In this document: positions 19,411 to 27,529 of the stretch, piece after piece
Numbering within the stretch: position 1 is the stretch's first letter
Layout of the letters: the number at the start of each line of letters is the position of its first letter
Assembly: GCA_963707615.1 (NCBI GenBank)
Contig: CAVPQT010000005.1
Location: 11,850-75,849 of the forward strand
From: an uncultured Alphaproteobacteria bacterium
Lineage (GTDB): Bacteria; Pseudomonadota; Alphaproteobacteria; Rhizobiales; Xanthobacteraceae
Direction of reading: 5' to 3'
Length of the DNA stretch: 64,000 nt
Program-made: the position numbers and the translations under genes
Notes under the pieces: model-generated
What the model was told of the DNA's origin: nothing
The model's database searches: none
What the model saw: the letters and a program-made list of their open reading frames with translations, nothing else

Positions 19411-21012
19411 ATGGGGAACAGTGTTGCGGGCGCGACAGGTGTCCGCTCCTTGCCAATTGTTGGTGCGGTCTCCGGTTCCTCGCCATTTGTCGGAAAGCGA
19501 AGAGGCGGTCTAGCAGACGAACGCCGCGCGGCTGCACTCGACGTCAACGTCGATCGCATGCTGATTGGCGCGAGCCTGCGCGCTTCGAAGCGACTAAGGG
19601 CAACGGCGCCACGGCTTTCCGCTGCAACACTTGGTTGGCGCGGCCGCACGACACCAACTCTCCTTCTGATGCTCGCTCTTCTTGCCATGTTCAACGCGTC
19701 AAGCGCCGTGGCACTGTGCATTCTTGTCGTGCTGCCGGCGGCATTTCGCATCTGGATCGTTGCGCTTCCAACGAGGCCGTCGCCGGATGAAGCCTCCGAC
19801 ACGCTCGATGAGCAGGAGCCCGTTTACAGCATCATCATTCCGCTTCGTGGTGAAGCGCGCGTTGTCGATCAGTTGCTCTCAGCGATCGAGCGGCTGAACT
19901 ATCCGCGGGAAAAAATAGACGTCATCATCGCAGTCGAGGCAAAAGACCACGCCACCCGCGCGGCAATCACTGCGCGCAAACACCGCATCCCCATAATGGT
20001 CGTTCCCGTCCCCGCGGTTGGCCCGGCGACGAAGCCGAAGGCCCTCAATGTCGCTCTTTCCTTCGCTCGGGGAGATTTCACCGTCATCTACGACGCCGAG
20101 GACCGCCCGGAGCGCAACCAGCTGCGCGCCGCGTTGAAAGCATTTCGGTCAGGCGGCGGAGACCTCGGTTGCGTGCAGGCACGCCTCTGCATCGACACCA
20201 GGACCAGTTGGCTCGCGCGCTATTTCACCGCTGAATATGCGGGGCACTTCGATGTCGTCCTTCCGAAGCTCGCCGCACTCGGCCTGCCGCTTCCGCTTGG
20301 CGGTTCTTCAAATCATTTTCGCACTGCGACGCTGCGCGAAGTCGGCGGATGGGACCCGCACAATGTCACGGAGGACGCCGACCTTGGCACGCGGCTCGCC
20401 CGCTTCGGCTACCGGTCAGGCGTTGTCGCATCCAGCACTTACGAAGAGGCTCCCGCAGATATCGGCCGCTGGCTGGGCCAGCGGACACGATGGTTCAAAG
20501 GCTGGATGCAAACATGGCTGGTTCATATGCGCCAACCACACCAGCTTTTCCGCGAGCTTGGACCGGCTGGCTTTCTTGCCTTCCAACTCATCGTTGGGGG
20601 CAATGCACTGGTCGCCCTGCTCCATCCCGTTCTCATGCTGCGGATGATCTCGGCGTCTCTGCAGCCAGGTCTTCGCGAGAGCGGCTCGGGTCTTGAACTC
20701 GCGTTCTGCCTGCTTGTCGTCGTAACAGGCTATCTGCTGTCGGCGTCCATCGGTTTTCTTGGCCTGAGACGACGCGGCCTGTTGAAACAGGCCGGCGTTC
20801 TGGTTTTGACGCCGCTGCATTGGCTGCTGCTTTCGATCGCGGCGTGGTGGGCGGCGATTGAACTGATCCACGCACCATTTCGCTGGAGGAAAACCGAGCA
20901 CGGGCTCGACAAAGCTTCACGGCTGAGAAGCAACACGCGCTCTTTGCTCGAACTCGAGCGCCTTCTTGGCGACTTGAAACGGCGCGGCGAACTCGCGCAG
21001 ATCCAGGACTAG
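19411..21012 (+). CDS. Processive family-2 glycosyltransferase with N- and C-terminal TM segments
   Basis: YSIIIPLRGE, YDAEDRP and the QRTRWFKGW (Q-x-x-R-W) motif, with several C-terminal TM helices. The true start may be downstream of 19411. Confidence 0.8.
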   Translation: MGNSVAGATGVRSLPIVGAVSGSSPFVGKRRGGLADERRAAALDVNVDRMLIGASLRASKRLRATAPRLSAATLGWRGRTTPTLLLMLALLAMFNASSAVALCILVVLPAAFRIWIVALPTRPSPDEASDTLDEQEPVYSIIIPLRGEARVVDQLLSAIERLNYPREKIDVIIAVEAKDHATRAAITARKHRIPIMVVPVPAVGPATKPKALNVALSFARGDFTVIYDAEDRPERNQLRAALKAFRSGGGDLGCVQARLCIDTRTSWLARYFTAEYAGHFDVVLPKLAALGLPLPLGGSSNHFRTATLREVGGWDPHNVTEDADLGTRLARFGYRSGVVASSTYEEAPADIGRWLGQRTRWFKGWMQTWLVHMRQPHQLFRELGPAGFLAFQLIVGGNALVALLHPVLMLRMISASLQPGLRESGSGLELAFCLLVVVTGYLLSASIGFLGLRRRGLLKQAGVLVLTPLHWLLLSIAAWWAAIELIHAPFRWRKTEHGLDKASRLRSNTRSLLELERLLGDLKRRGELAQIQD

Positions 21013-21605
21013 AGGTAGCGTCTCAGATCGGCGGCGGCTTCCTCCGGCCGCCGCTTGAGACTGAACGGCGCAACGAAGCGGCCTTGCTTGTCCATCAGAT
21101 AAACCAGCGCGGTGTGATCCATACTGTACTCGCCGTTATCGGCCGGAACCTTCTTGGCGTAGACGCGATAGGCTTTCTCCACCGCGTCGATTGAAGCGCG
21201 ATCACCGGTGGCGCCGCGCAAGCGCGGATCGAAACTGGACAAATAGTCCTTCATCACCGCCGGCGTGTCGCGTTCGGGATCAACTGTCACGAAGAGTGCA
21301 CCCGTGCGGTCCGCATCCTTGCCAAGCGCCCGCAACACCTCCGACACATCAAACAATGTGGTTGGACAGACGTCCGGACAGTGCGTGTAACCGAAGAACA
21401 CGAGAAACGGACGGCCCTTGATATCCGCGTCGGTGATTGTGTTGCCGTTCTGATCGGTCAGCTTGAAAGGCCCGCCTATCGCTGACGACCCGGTACCCGC
21501 AGAGCCAAAGTTCCCCGTCGCATACAGAAATACGACCGAAAACACGACCAGCCCGGTCACGAATGCGGAAATGATCAACAGAATCTGCGACGTTCGCGAT
21601 GTCAT
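21009..21605 (-). CDS. SCO/SenC-family copper chaperone
   Basis: TM anchor plus FGYTHCPDVCPTTL (CxxxC) and a conserved His (MDHTALVY). Confidence 0.9.
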   Translation of the reverse strand: MTSRTSQILLIISAFVTGLVVFSVVFLYATGNFGSAGTGSSAIGGPFKLTDQNGNTITDADIKGRPFLVFFGYTHCPDVCPTTLFDVSEVLRALGKDADRTGALFVTVDPERDTPAVMKDYLSSFDPRLRGATGDRASIDAVEKAYRVYAKKVPADNGEYSMDHTALVYLMDKQGRFVAPFSLKRRPEEAAADLRRYL

Positions 21606-21621
21606 GAGCTTTGTCGTTCTT

Positions 21622-21780
21622 TCAGAAGCATGCGGCCCAGCCGGCGCGCACCATTTCGAGAAACACGGCAGTTCCGTAGTAAGCCCAAAGCCCCACAGTT
21701 GCGGCGAAAATTAGCCCGCACACGAGCGCAACCAACACAACCGGCCGGAACAGCGTAGTATTCGAAACAACCGCCGACAT
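21622..21780 (-). CDS. 52-codon membrane mini-ORF upstream of the SCO gene (not in the ORF track)
   Basis: My translation is MSAVVSNTTLFRPVVLVALVCGLIFAATVGLWAYYGTAVFLEMVRAGWAACF. GAGG lies 5 nt before the ATG, and the stop is 16 nt before the SCO start. Confidence 0.35.
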   Translation of the reverse strand: MSAVVSNTTLFRPVVLVALVCGLIFAATVGLWAYYGTAVFLEMVRAGWAACF

Positions 21781-21990
21781 GAGCACCTCGAAAGTCGCGA
21801 TTATCAGTCAGATAAGCCCGTTCCAGGCCTGAAGCAACGCACAGCGGTGTTTCGTCGCCTTAGATAAAACATGCTACATCCAATATAATCCCGGGGATTC
21901 GCCGGTATCGGCGCTCGGCGTTGACTGGTTGCGTCAAAGCCTTGATGTATAGTGCTTTACGAAAATCAACACCTACTTCGCATGGAGAAC

Positions 21991-22872
21991 ATGATGCGCA
22001 GTGCTTTGGTGATCGCCTTCGCGATCTCTATGTCGGCGGCCACCACCGCCTGGGCCCAGAATGCGCCGGCGCCCGCTGCGGCTGCCAAGTGCGACAATCC
22101 GAACGCGCTCGGTGTGGCACGCGTCGTCGAAATCGACACCACCGGCGGGCCCGGTTTTGGGTTCGAGCATTTCAAGGCCTACGACTTTCTCAAGGACAAG
22201 GAAGTCGTTCTGACGTTCGATGACGGTCCGTGGCCGGGGCACACGCCGGCAGTGCTCAAGGCACTGGCTGACCAATGCACCAAGGCCCTGTTTTTTCCGA
22301 TCGGCAAGCACGCCGGGTGGCATCCGGAAATCATGAAACAGGTGGCGGCGGCCGGTCATACGGTTGGCTCACACACATGGTCGCACAAGGACCTGTCGAA
22401 GGTGAACGAACAGGAAGGCAAGGACGAAATCGAAAAGGGCTTCGCCGCCGTGAGCATCGCGCTCGGTAACAAGCCAGTCGGTCCTTTCTTCCGTTTCCCG
22501 GCCTTGCGACATCCGCCCGAACTCGTGAAGTATCTGGGCGATCGCAACGTCGCCATTTTCTCCACCGACATGGACTCCTTTGACTTCAAGATGCGCAAGC
22601 CCGAGCAGGTCGTCCAATCGGTGATGAAGAAGCTCGAGAAGCAGGGCAAAGGCATCATTCTGATGCATGACTTCCAGCAGGCGACCGCCAAGGCTGCGCC
22701 CGATCTTCTTAAGAAACTCAAGGACGGCGGCTACAAGGTCGTGCAGGTTGTCGGCAAGACCCCCGTCGAGCCGAAGAAGGAATACGTTGACGCGGTCCTC
22801 AAGGAGATGGGCGGCGGCCTCGAAGCGTCGCGGCCGATGTCGAGCGTCATCAAGACCATCGACGGCAACTGA
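21991..22872 (+). CDS. Secreted polysaccharide deacetylase (NodB-homology domain)
   Basis: Signal peptide MMRSALVIAFAISMSAATTAWA. LTFDDGPW, GHTVGSHTWSH and ILMHD motifs. Confidence 0.85.
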   Translation: MMRSALVIAFAISMSAATTAWAQNAPAPAAAAKCDNPNALGVARVVEIDTTGGPGFGFEHFKAYDFLKDKEVVLTFDDGPWPGHTPAVLKALADQCTKALFFPIGKHAGWHPEIMKQVAAAGHTVGSHTWSHKDLSKVNEQEGKDEIEKGFAAVSIALGNKPVGPFFRFPALRHPPELVKYLGDRNVAIFSTDMDSFDFKMRKPEQVVQSVMKKLEKQGKGIILMHDFQQATAKAAPDLLKKLKDGGYKVVQVVGKTPVEPKKEYVDAVLKEMGGGLEASRPMSSVIKTIDGN

Positions 22873-22892
22873 CTTTTCAGATTGCGAATGGG

Positions 22893-22926
22893 CCGGCCGC
22901 GCTCCACAGCGCGGCCGGTTTTTTTT
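22893..22926 (+). terminator. Rho-independent terminator of the deacetylase gene
   Basis: ccggccgcgc / gcgcggccgg 10-bp stem with a 6-nt loop, followed by T8. Confidence 0.85.
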
Positions 22927-22998
22927 GCCGCATATCCTCCCGTTCGCGCGTTATGCTAGGCTTGAGCCGGGTTGAACTCGGCTACCAGGGGGTCTCAC

Positions 22999-23091
22999 AT
23001 GAGCGTATTGCTCGTCGCCTTTGGAGTATTGGCGGCATTATGGATTCTTGTGTTGCTGGGATCGCCGTTTTTCGGGCCACGAGATCACTAG
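22999..23091 (+). CDS. 30-codon hydrophobic mini-ORF (speculative)
   Basis: MSVLLVAFGVLAALWILVLLGSPFFGPRDH, with AGGGGG 8 nt upstream of the ATG. Not in the ORF track. Confidence 0.2.
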   Translation: MSVLLVAFGVLAALWILVLLGSPFFGPRDH

Positions 23092-23216
23092 ACCTCGATC
23101 CGAGTCCTTCCATTAAGACAGTGCTGTAGAGATCGGACCGCGTGCGCGATGCCTGCGCCCACGATTTTCACTACGGAAAGGCATGGCTGTTCCGCGGATT
23201 TCTTTGATTGGCGGGG

Positions 23217-23231
23217 TTGGTTCGCAACCAA
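23217..23231. promoter_or_regulatory. Palindrome TTGGTT-CGC-AACCAA upstream of the PfkB-family kinase gene
   Basis: Read directly. It lies 30-66 nt upstream of the candidate starts. Function unknown. Confidence 0.25.
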
Positions 23232-23260
23232 ATGATACCTAGTTCGTTCGTTAAGTTGGT

Positions 23261-24250
23261 GTGATAACGACGCCTTTAACGGAACGGATAGCTCACGTGC
23301 CGGATATCGTCACGCTCACGATCAACCCCGCAATCGACATCTTCGTAAATGTCGAACGCGTCGAGCCGACGCGCAAATTGCGTGGTTCTGCGCCAAAACG
23401 GGATCCCGGAGGGGGCGGTATAAACGTAGCCCGCGTGGCGCACCGGCTCGGCGGCACCGTGGCGGCGATCTATCCCACCGGAGGTGCGATAGGAAAACTC
23501 CTGCACCGGCTTGTGGAGCGTGAAGGCATCCCCAGCCTGGTGACCCCTTCGCATGTCGAAACGCGTGAGAATTTTACGGCCTACGAAACATCGACTGGAG
23601 AGCAATATCGCTTCGTTCTACCAGGCTCGGCTCTCCACCGTGCCGAATGGGAAGCGGTCCTCGACAAGCTGTCGGGTCTGACAGACAAACCGAAGTTCGT
23701 CGTCGCAAGTGGGAGCGTACCACCGGGCGTGCCGGAGGATTTCTTTGCGCGCGTTGCTCGCTGCGCGGACCGGCTCGGTGCACAAAGTGTGATCGACGCC
23801 TCGGGCGCGGCGCTCAAGGCAGCGCTTGCGCAGGGAGTATCCATCATCAAGCCGAATTTGGCCGAGCTTTCGGATCTGCTCGGGACCACACTCGATACCG
23901 ACAAGACCCGCATCGCCGCGTGTCGGAACCTTACGCGCGATGGCCGGGCAAAGATTGTCGCGCTTACGCTCGGCGAACAAGGCGCTTTGCTGGTGACCGG
24001 TGACAGGATTTTCCGCTCGCAGCCGCTGGCGATCAACGCGGTGAGCACGGTCGGGGCTGGCGACAGTTTTCTCGGTGGTTTTGTTGCGGCGCTCGCGGCT
24101 GGTCAGTCGCTGGACCACGCGTTTCGTGTGGCGGTGGCGGCGAGCTGTGCCGCTGTGATGTCTCCCGGCACTGAGCTTTGCCGCGAAGAAGATGTGCAGC
24201 GATTGCTGCCGCAGGTGAAAATCAGCGAAGTGGCGCACGCACCTGCGTGA
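23261..24250 (+). CDS. PfkB-family hexose/1-phosphofructokinase-like sugar kinase
   Basis: IVTLTINPAID N-terminus, the GGGINVAR block, and a C-terminal GAGDSFLGG anion-hole motif. The GTG at 23297 is an alternative start. Confidence 0.85.
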   Translation: MITTPLTERIAHVPDIVTLTINPAIDIFVNVERVEPTRKLRGSAPKRDPGGGGINVARVAHRLGGTVAAIYPTGGAIGKLLHRLVEREGIPSLVTPSHVETRENFTAYETSTGEQYRFVLPGSALHRAEWEAVLDKLSGLTDKPKFVVASGSVPPGVPEDFFARVARCADRLGAQSVIDASGAALKAALAQGVSIIKPNLAELSDLLGTTLDTDKTRIAACRNLTRDGRAKIVALTLGEQGALLVTGDRIFRSQPLAINAVSTVGAGDSFLGGFVAALAAGQSLDHAFRVAVAASCAAVMSPGTELCREEDVQRLLPQVKISEVAHAPA

Positions 24251-24256
24251 TCGTGT

Positions 24257-24370
24257 CTAGCGTTGTGATGGCGGTCGCGCCTTGACCTTGATGGGAATGC
24301 GCATCTCGTCTTGCGCAACTTCCATCAAACCCATCCACACGATGAACGGAAAATAGAACAACAGTGGCAT
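24257..24370 (-). CDS. 37-codon mini-ORF (speculative)
   Basis: MPLLFYFPFIVWMGLMEVAQDEMRIPIKVKARPPSQR, with GAGG 11 nt upstream. Convergent with the kinase gene. No family recognised. Confidence 0.15.
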   Translation of the reverse strand: MPLLFYFPFIVWMGLMEVAQDEMRIPIKVKARPPSQR

Positions 24371-24480
24371 TTTCTTGTACCTCGCGTCGGTTCGAAAACC
24401 CAACGCGAGTCATCCGGCCGAAGTTCCGGCCTTCACGCGGGCGTGTTGGCTGCCCGGCGCATCGGAGCACCGCCGTTTGT

Positions 24481-24744
24481 CTATTGTTTACCTTGCCGCG
24501 CCGGGGCTGATCGAACACCTTCCCACGGGTCAGCCGATTTTTTCTTGTCGGGGAGTTTCTCAATCGCCGATTTGTAGGCGTCGTCAACGGCCTTTTGCCG
24601 TTCCTGCTCCTCCTTGCTCGGCGGAGGCTTGTCGTTCATGAAATTAACTCCTGGCCGCATCTGGGCGAGAGCATTCCCTGCCAGCAGCATGACGATTGCA
24701 ATTGCGGAGCCGAACAGACCTGTAAGCCGACAGCGTTTCCTCAT
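24481..24744 (-). CDS. Small secreted Lys/Glu-rich protein (hypothetical)
   Basis: Signal peptide ...IAIVMLLAGNALA|Q followed by a charged 55-aa tail. Confidence 0.5.
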   Translation of the reverse strand: MRKRCRLTGLFGSAIAIVMLLAGNALAQMRPGVNFMNDKPPPSKEEQERQKAVDDAYKSAIEKLPDKKKSADPWEGVRSAPARQGKQ

Positions 24745-24774
24745 GGCGATACACCAAACTGTGGACCTGAGACC

Positions 24775-25752
24775 CTAATCTATCAATTCATCGGCGATTG
24801 CCAGTACCGTCGTCGGGATTGTGAGTCCCAATGTTTTTGCGGTGCCGAGATTGAGAGCCAACTCGAACTTCGTTGGGCGGCTGACGGGAAGGTCCGTGAT
24901 GTTGGCGCCCTTGAGGATGCGTCCCGCCAGAACACCCATTTGATTGTACGCATCCACCAGGTTCGTCCCGTAGCTCATGAGGCCGCCGGCGAGTGGAAAT
25001 TCACGGATGTGATAGATCGCCGGGATCGAGCGCTGCGCTGTCAACTGAATGAGGTGCAAGCGCCTGGAGTCAAAAAAGGGATCGTTTTCGACGACCAGCC
25101 CACTAACTTTCTTCTGGGCGAGCATTGAGAAACTGTTCTCTATTTGCGCGTCGTCGCTGGCTTCCAAAATTACCGATTCCCGGCCCATTGCCGCCACCGC
25201 AAGTTCAAAGTCGTTTTGGCGCAGGCTGCTTTGAACACCCTTCTTGTTGGTGAGAAATCCAATGGGGGTGCCGGGCGGCAGAAGTTGGACCAGCAACCCG
25301 AGCCGTTTTCCCGTGAGCTCGCCGCTCATCAGGTCGACGCCGGTAACGTTCCCACCGGGCTGGTTGAGACTTGCGACAATACCTTCGGTGACGGAATCGC
25401 CAGCCACAAAGATGATGGGGATGGATGTCGTGACCGACTTCGCGGCTCGGGCCGACGGTGCGCCACCAGCCGCGGCGATCAGGGCAGGCTGCAACGCCGC
25501 CAATTCGGCTGCCAGTTTCCTCAGTTGATCGTATTGTCCGTTGGCCCAGCGATACTCGATCTTCGCCGTCTTGCCCTCGACGTACCCAAAAGCTCCAAGC
25601 CCGCGCAGAAAGCCCTCGAGATGCGGCTTCGAATCTTCCGGCGACCGGCTGCTGAGAAAGCCAATCGTCGGCACTGATAGTTGTTGCGCGCGCGCGACCG
25701 CGGGCCACGCTATGCCGCTTCCGACAAGCCCGAGAAATTCCCGCCGTCTCAT
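24775..25752 (-). CDS. Orphan ABC-type substrate-binding protein (ABC_sub_bind / PF04392-like)
   Basis: MRRREFLGLVG..ARAQQ twin-Arg-like leader, IGFLSSRSPE, IEYRWANGQYDQL, and LTIPTTVLAIADELID at the C-terminus. No permease or ATPase gene is adjacent. Confidence 0.85.
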   Translation of the reverse strand: MRRREFLGLVGSGIAWPAVARAQQLSVPTIGFLSSRSPEDSKPHLEGFLRGLGAFGYVEGKTAKIEYRWANGQYDQLRKLAAELAALQPALIAAAGGAPSARAAKSVTTSIPIIFVAGDSVTEGIVASLNQPGGNVTGVDLMSGELTGKRLGLLVQLLPPGTPIGFLTNKKGVQSSLRQNDFELAVAAMGRESVILEASDDAQIENSFSMLAQKKVSGLVVENDPFFDSRRLHLIQLTAQRSIPAIYHIREFPLAGGLMSYGTNLVDAYNQMGVLAGRILKGANITDLPVSRPTKFELALNLGTAKTLGLTIPTTVLAIADELID

Positions 25753-25975
25753 GCTCTACCCTCACCCCAAGCGAGTACCGCTAGATTAGCCGACATCAGG
25801 GTCCGGTTTCCAACAAAAGCTGCTGAGGCATTCTGACCCTCTGCTGCGAACCGCGAAAATGTCCGCTTTGCGTGTGCGATGCAGCCAGATATCCGCTTTG
25901 GGTCAGAAGCAGATTTTGCGCCGCAGGGAATGACACTGGGGAGCACGGTGTTATTCAAGACGGATCTACGGAGAC

Positions 25976-26248
25976 TTGCGGATGCGCTTTGTAACCAAAC
26001 TTTTGGCGGCGCTCGTGCTGGTGATGGCATCCGGCGATATGGGCCTCGGAGCCACCAATTGCGGCTTCCTCACTATCGAGCAATGTAGGGCAACCGTGAC
26101 CGGCGGCAGCTCATTTTGCGTGCCCAATCAATTTTACAATCCGCAAAGGCCTGGCAAGGGTGCCCACAAACGACAAGAAGTACGCGCCTACGCGATGCCT
26201 TACGATCCCTATCCGTGGTGCGCCTTTTATTCGGACCCCGGGAATTAA
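25976..26248 (+). CDS. DUF3551-like small secreted Cys-containing protein
   Basis: Signal peptide followed by Cys-containing motifs, ending in YPWCAFY, as recalled for Bradyrhizobiaceae DUF3551. Confidence 0.65.
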   Translation: MRMRFVTKLLAALVLVMASGDMGLGATNCGFLTIEQCRATVTGGSSFCVPNQFYNPQRPGKGAHKRQEVRAYAMPYDPYPWCAFYSDPGN

Positions 26249-26284
26249 AACTTGCCGAGCGTTTTGGCAGTCGGGTTTTGAAAG

Positions 26285-26656
26285 CTACACTTCCTGAAGC
26301 TCAGGCGGCAGCTCTGCTCCCGCATCGGCGATTAGCTGCTCCGCAACTTTCGCCAACACCACTCTTTCTTTCAACCATCGCAGTGCCGCGCCCTGGCGTT
26401 CCAGCGGAAGCTGTTCAATTGCGCTGAAAAAGAAGCTCTTCAACTCTTCATCCATTTGCGACCCCCTTAGCGCCGAGCACTTGCCCGGATTCGCAATGTG
26501 CCATTCGATTTCGGTGGAGTTGAAACCAAGTGCGCTCAATTCCGTCGAAAATTCTGCTTCGTCCAAATTGCCGCGCGCGTACTCCCGCACAACAGTGGCG
26601 TGCCCGGAAGGTATTATTTTACAATTGATACGCACTCGCCCCGCTCCCTGTCTCAT
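26285..26656 (-). CDS. Hypothetical protein in a low-GC islet
   Basis: Open frame of 123 codons from the first ATG. The internal ATG at 26455 has a strong AGGGGG SD 6 nt upstream, so a 56-aa product is an alternative. No family recognised. Confidence 0.35.
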   Translation of the reverse strand: MRQGAGRVRINCKIIPSGHATVVREYARGNLDEAEFSTELSALGFNSTEIEWHIANPGKCSALRGSQMDEELKSFFFSAIEQLPLERQGAALRWLKERVVLAKVAEQLIADAGAELPPELQEV

Positions 26657-26804
26657 AACAGGACTAAACACAGGCAAAATTTTGTTCCGCCAAACCGGAA
26701 TGCGACAAAAGAGATCACGGAAGCCTGTGAGCTACTTCATATCGGAAGACAGCATTCCGATTGCACTATCCGCAATATGGATTGTGGGATTGAAGGAGCG
26801 ACAG

Positions 26805-26897
26805 ATGTGGCGACTTAATCGAAGCGTTGTTGAGGAGGTTGTTATCCTCGGCGCGGTGGCTTTGCTTCTCGTACTGGCCGTCTTGATACCCGCCTGA
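26805..26897 (+). CDS. 30-codon single-TM mini-ORF with strong SD (speculative)
   Basis: GAAGGAG lies 6 nt before the ATG. MWRLNRSVVEEVVILGAVALLLVLAVLIPA. It sits in the low-GC islet and is followed by the 26944-26967 hairpin. Confidence 0.3.
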   Translation: MWRLNRSVVEEVVILGAVALLLVLAVLIPA

Positions 26898-26936
26898 GGA
26901 ACGCAAACTTCCGATCATTCGCTTGCCGCGATCGGG

Positions 26937-26967
26937 CAAAAATATAGGCCACCGAGCGGTGGCCTAT
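26937..26967 (-). terminator. Rho-independent terminator of the PsiF-repeat-like gene
   Basis: ataggccacc gagc ggtggcctat is a perfect 10-bp stem. On the minus strand it is followed by ATTTTTG. Confidence 0.65.
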
Positions 26968-26998
26968 CCAAACTCAGAAGATTTGTCAGTGCGCTTGG

Positions 26999-27409
26999 CT
27001 ACATGCCGGCGGCTTTTTTGCGCTTATCGCAGTCGCTCCAGTACTGCGGCCAAGTCATCCCCGCTTGCACTTTCCCTGCAGCCTTATCAGCCTTCCACTC
27101 CTTGCCGCAGGCCCGCTCACGAGCGTATTCGGCCTGCTTGGGGTCAGCGGGTTTCTTTGCTGCTGGTTTCGGCGCTGCTGCCGGTGCAGCTGTTGTCGTC
27201 GTGGCCGCAGGCGTTGCAGCTTCGGTTCTACATTTCGCGACGAAGTCTTTTTCGGTGATCTTCGCTGCTTCGTTTGCAGCCTTGTTAGCCCGCCATTCCT
27301 CCTGGCAGGCCTTCACGGTTTTCTTCTGCGCAAAAGAGGGCGTTGCAGAAAATGCAAGGCCGGCAAAAATGAGAAAAAAACACCCGAGGAACAGTGATCG
27401 TTTTTCCAT
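26999..27409 (-). CDS. Secreted protein with two PsiF-repeat-like Cys modules joined by an Ala/Pro/Thr linker
   Basis: Signal peptide ...AFSATPSFA|Q. The two modules are ACQEEWRANKAANEAAKITEKDFVAKC and ACGKEWKADKAAGKVQAGMTWPQYWSDC. Confidence 0.6.
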   Translation of the reverse strand: MEKRSLFLGCFFLIFAGLAFSATPSFAQKKTVKACQEEWRANKAANEAAKITEKDFVAKCRTEAATPAATTTTAAPAAAPKPAAKKPADPKQAEYARERACGKEWKADKAAGKVQAGMTWPQYWSDCDKRKKAAGM

Positions 27410-27466
27410 ATTCGAGCTCCAAGTCGTTCAAGGTCGTATTTGAATTGAGCGCACGTGGAAATCGAG

Positions 27467-27482
27467 TTGGACTGAAGTCCAA
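27467..27482. promoter_or_regulatory. Perfect palindrome TTGGAC-TGAA-GTCCAA (copy 1 of 3)
   Basis: Read directly. It lies 57 nt upstream of the ATG at 27409 of the minus-strand gene. Confidence 0.5.
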
Positions 27483-27529
27483 CCGTCACAGAATTTACGA
27501 AGAAGTTATGTGAGCATGGCCTTGTGTCA

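Noticed and set aside
21362-21377. Near-copy of the palindrome (TTGGAC-agac-GTCCgg)
   Set aside because: It lies inside the SCO gene, where it encodes the conserved CPDVCPTT copper site, and it matches only 10 of 12 positions. It is most likely coincidental.
25861-25900. Direct repeat tccgctttg x2 (30 bp apart) upstream of the DUF3551 gene
   Set aside because: It is only 9 bp long with non-helical spacing, which is easily chance in a 64-kb window.
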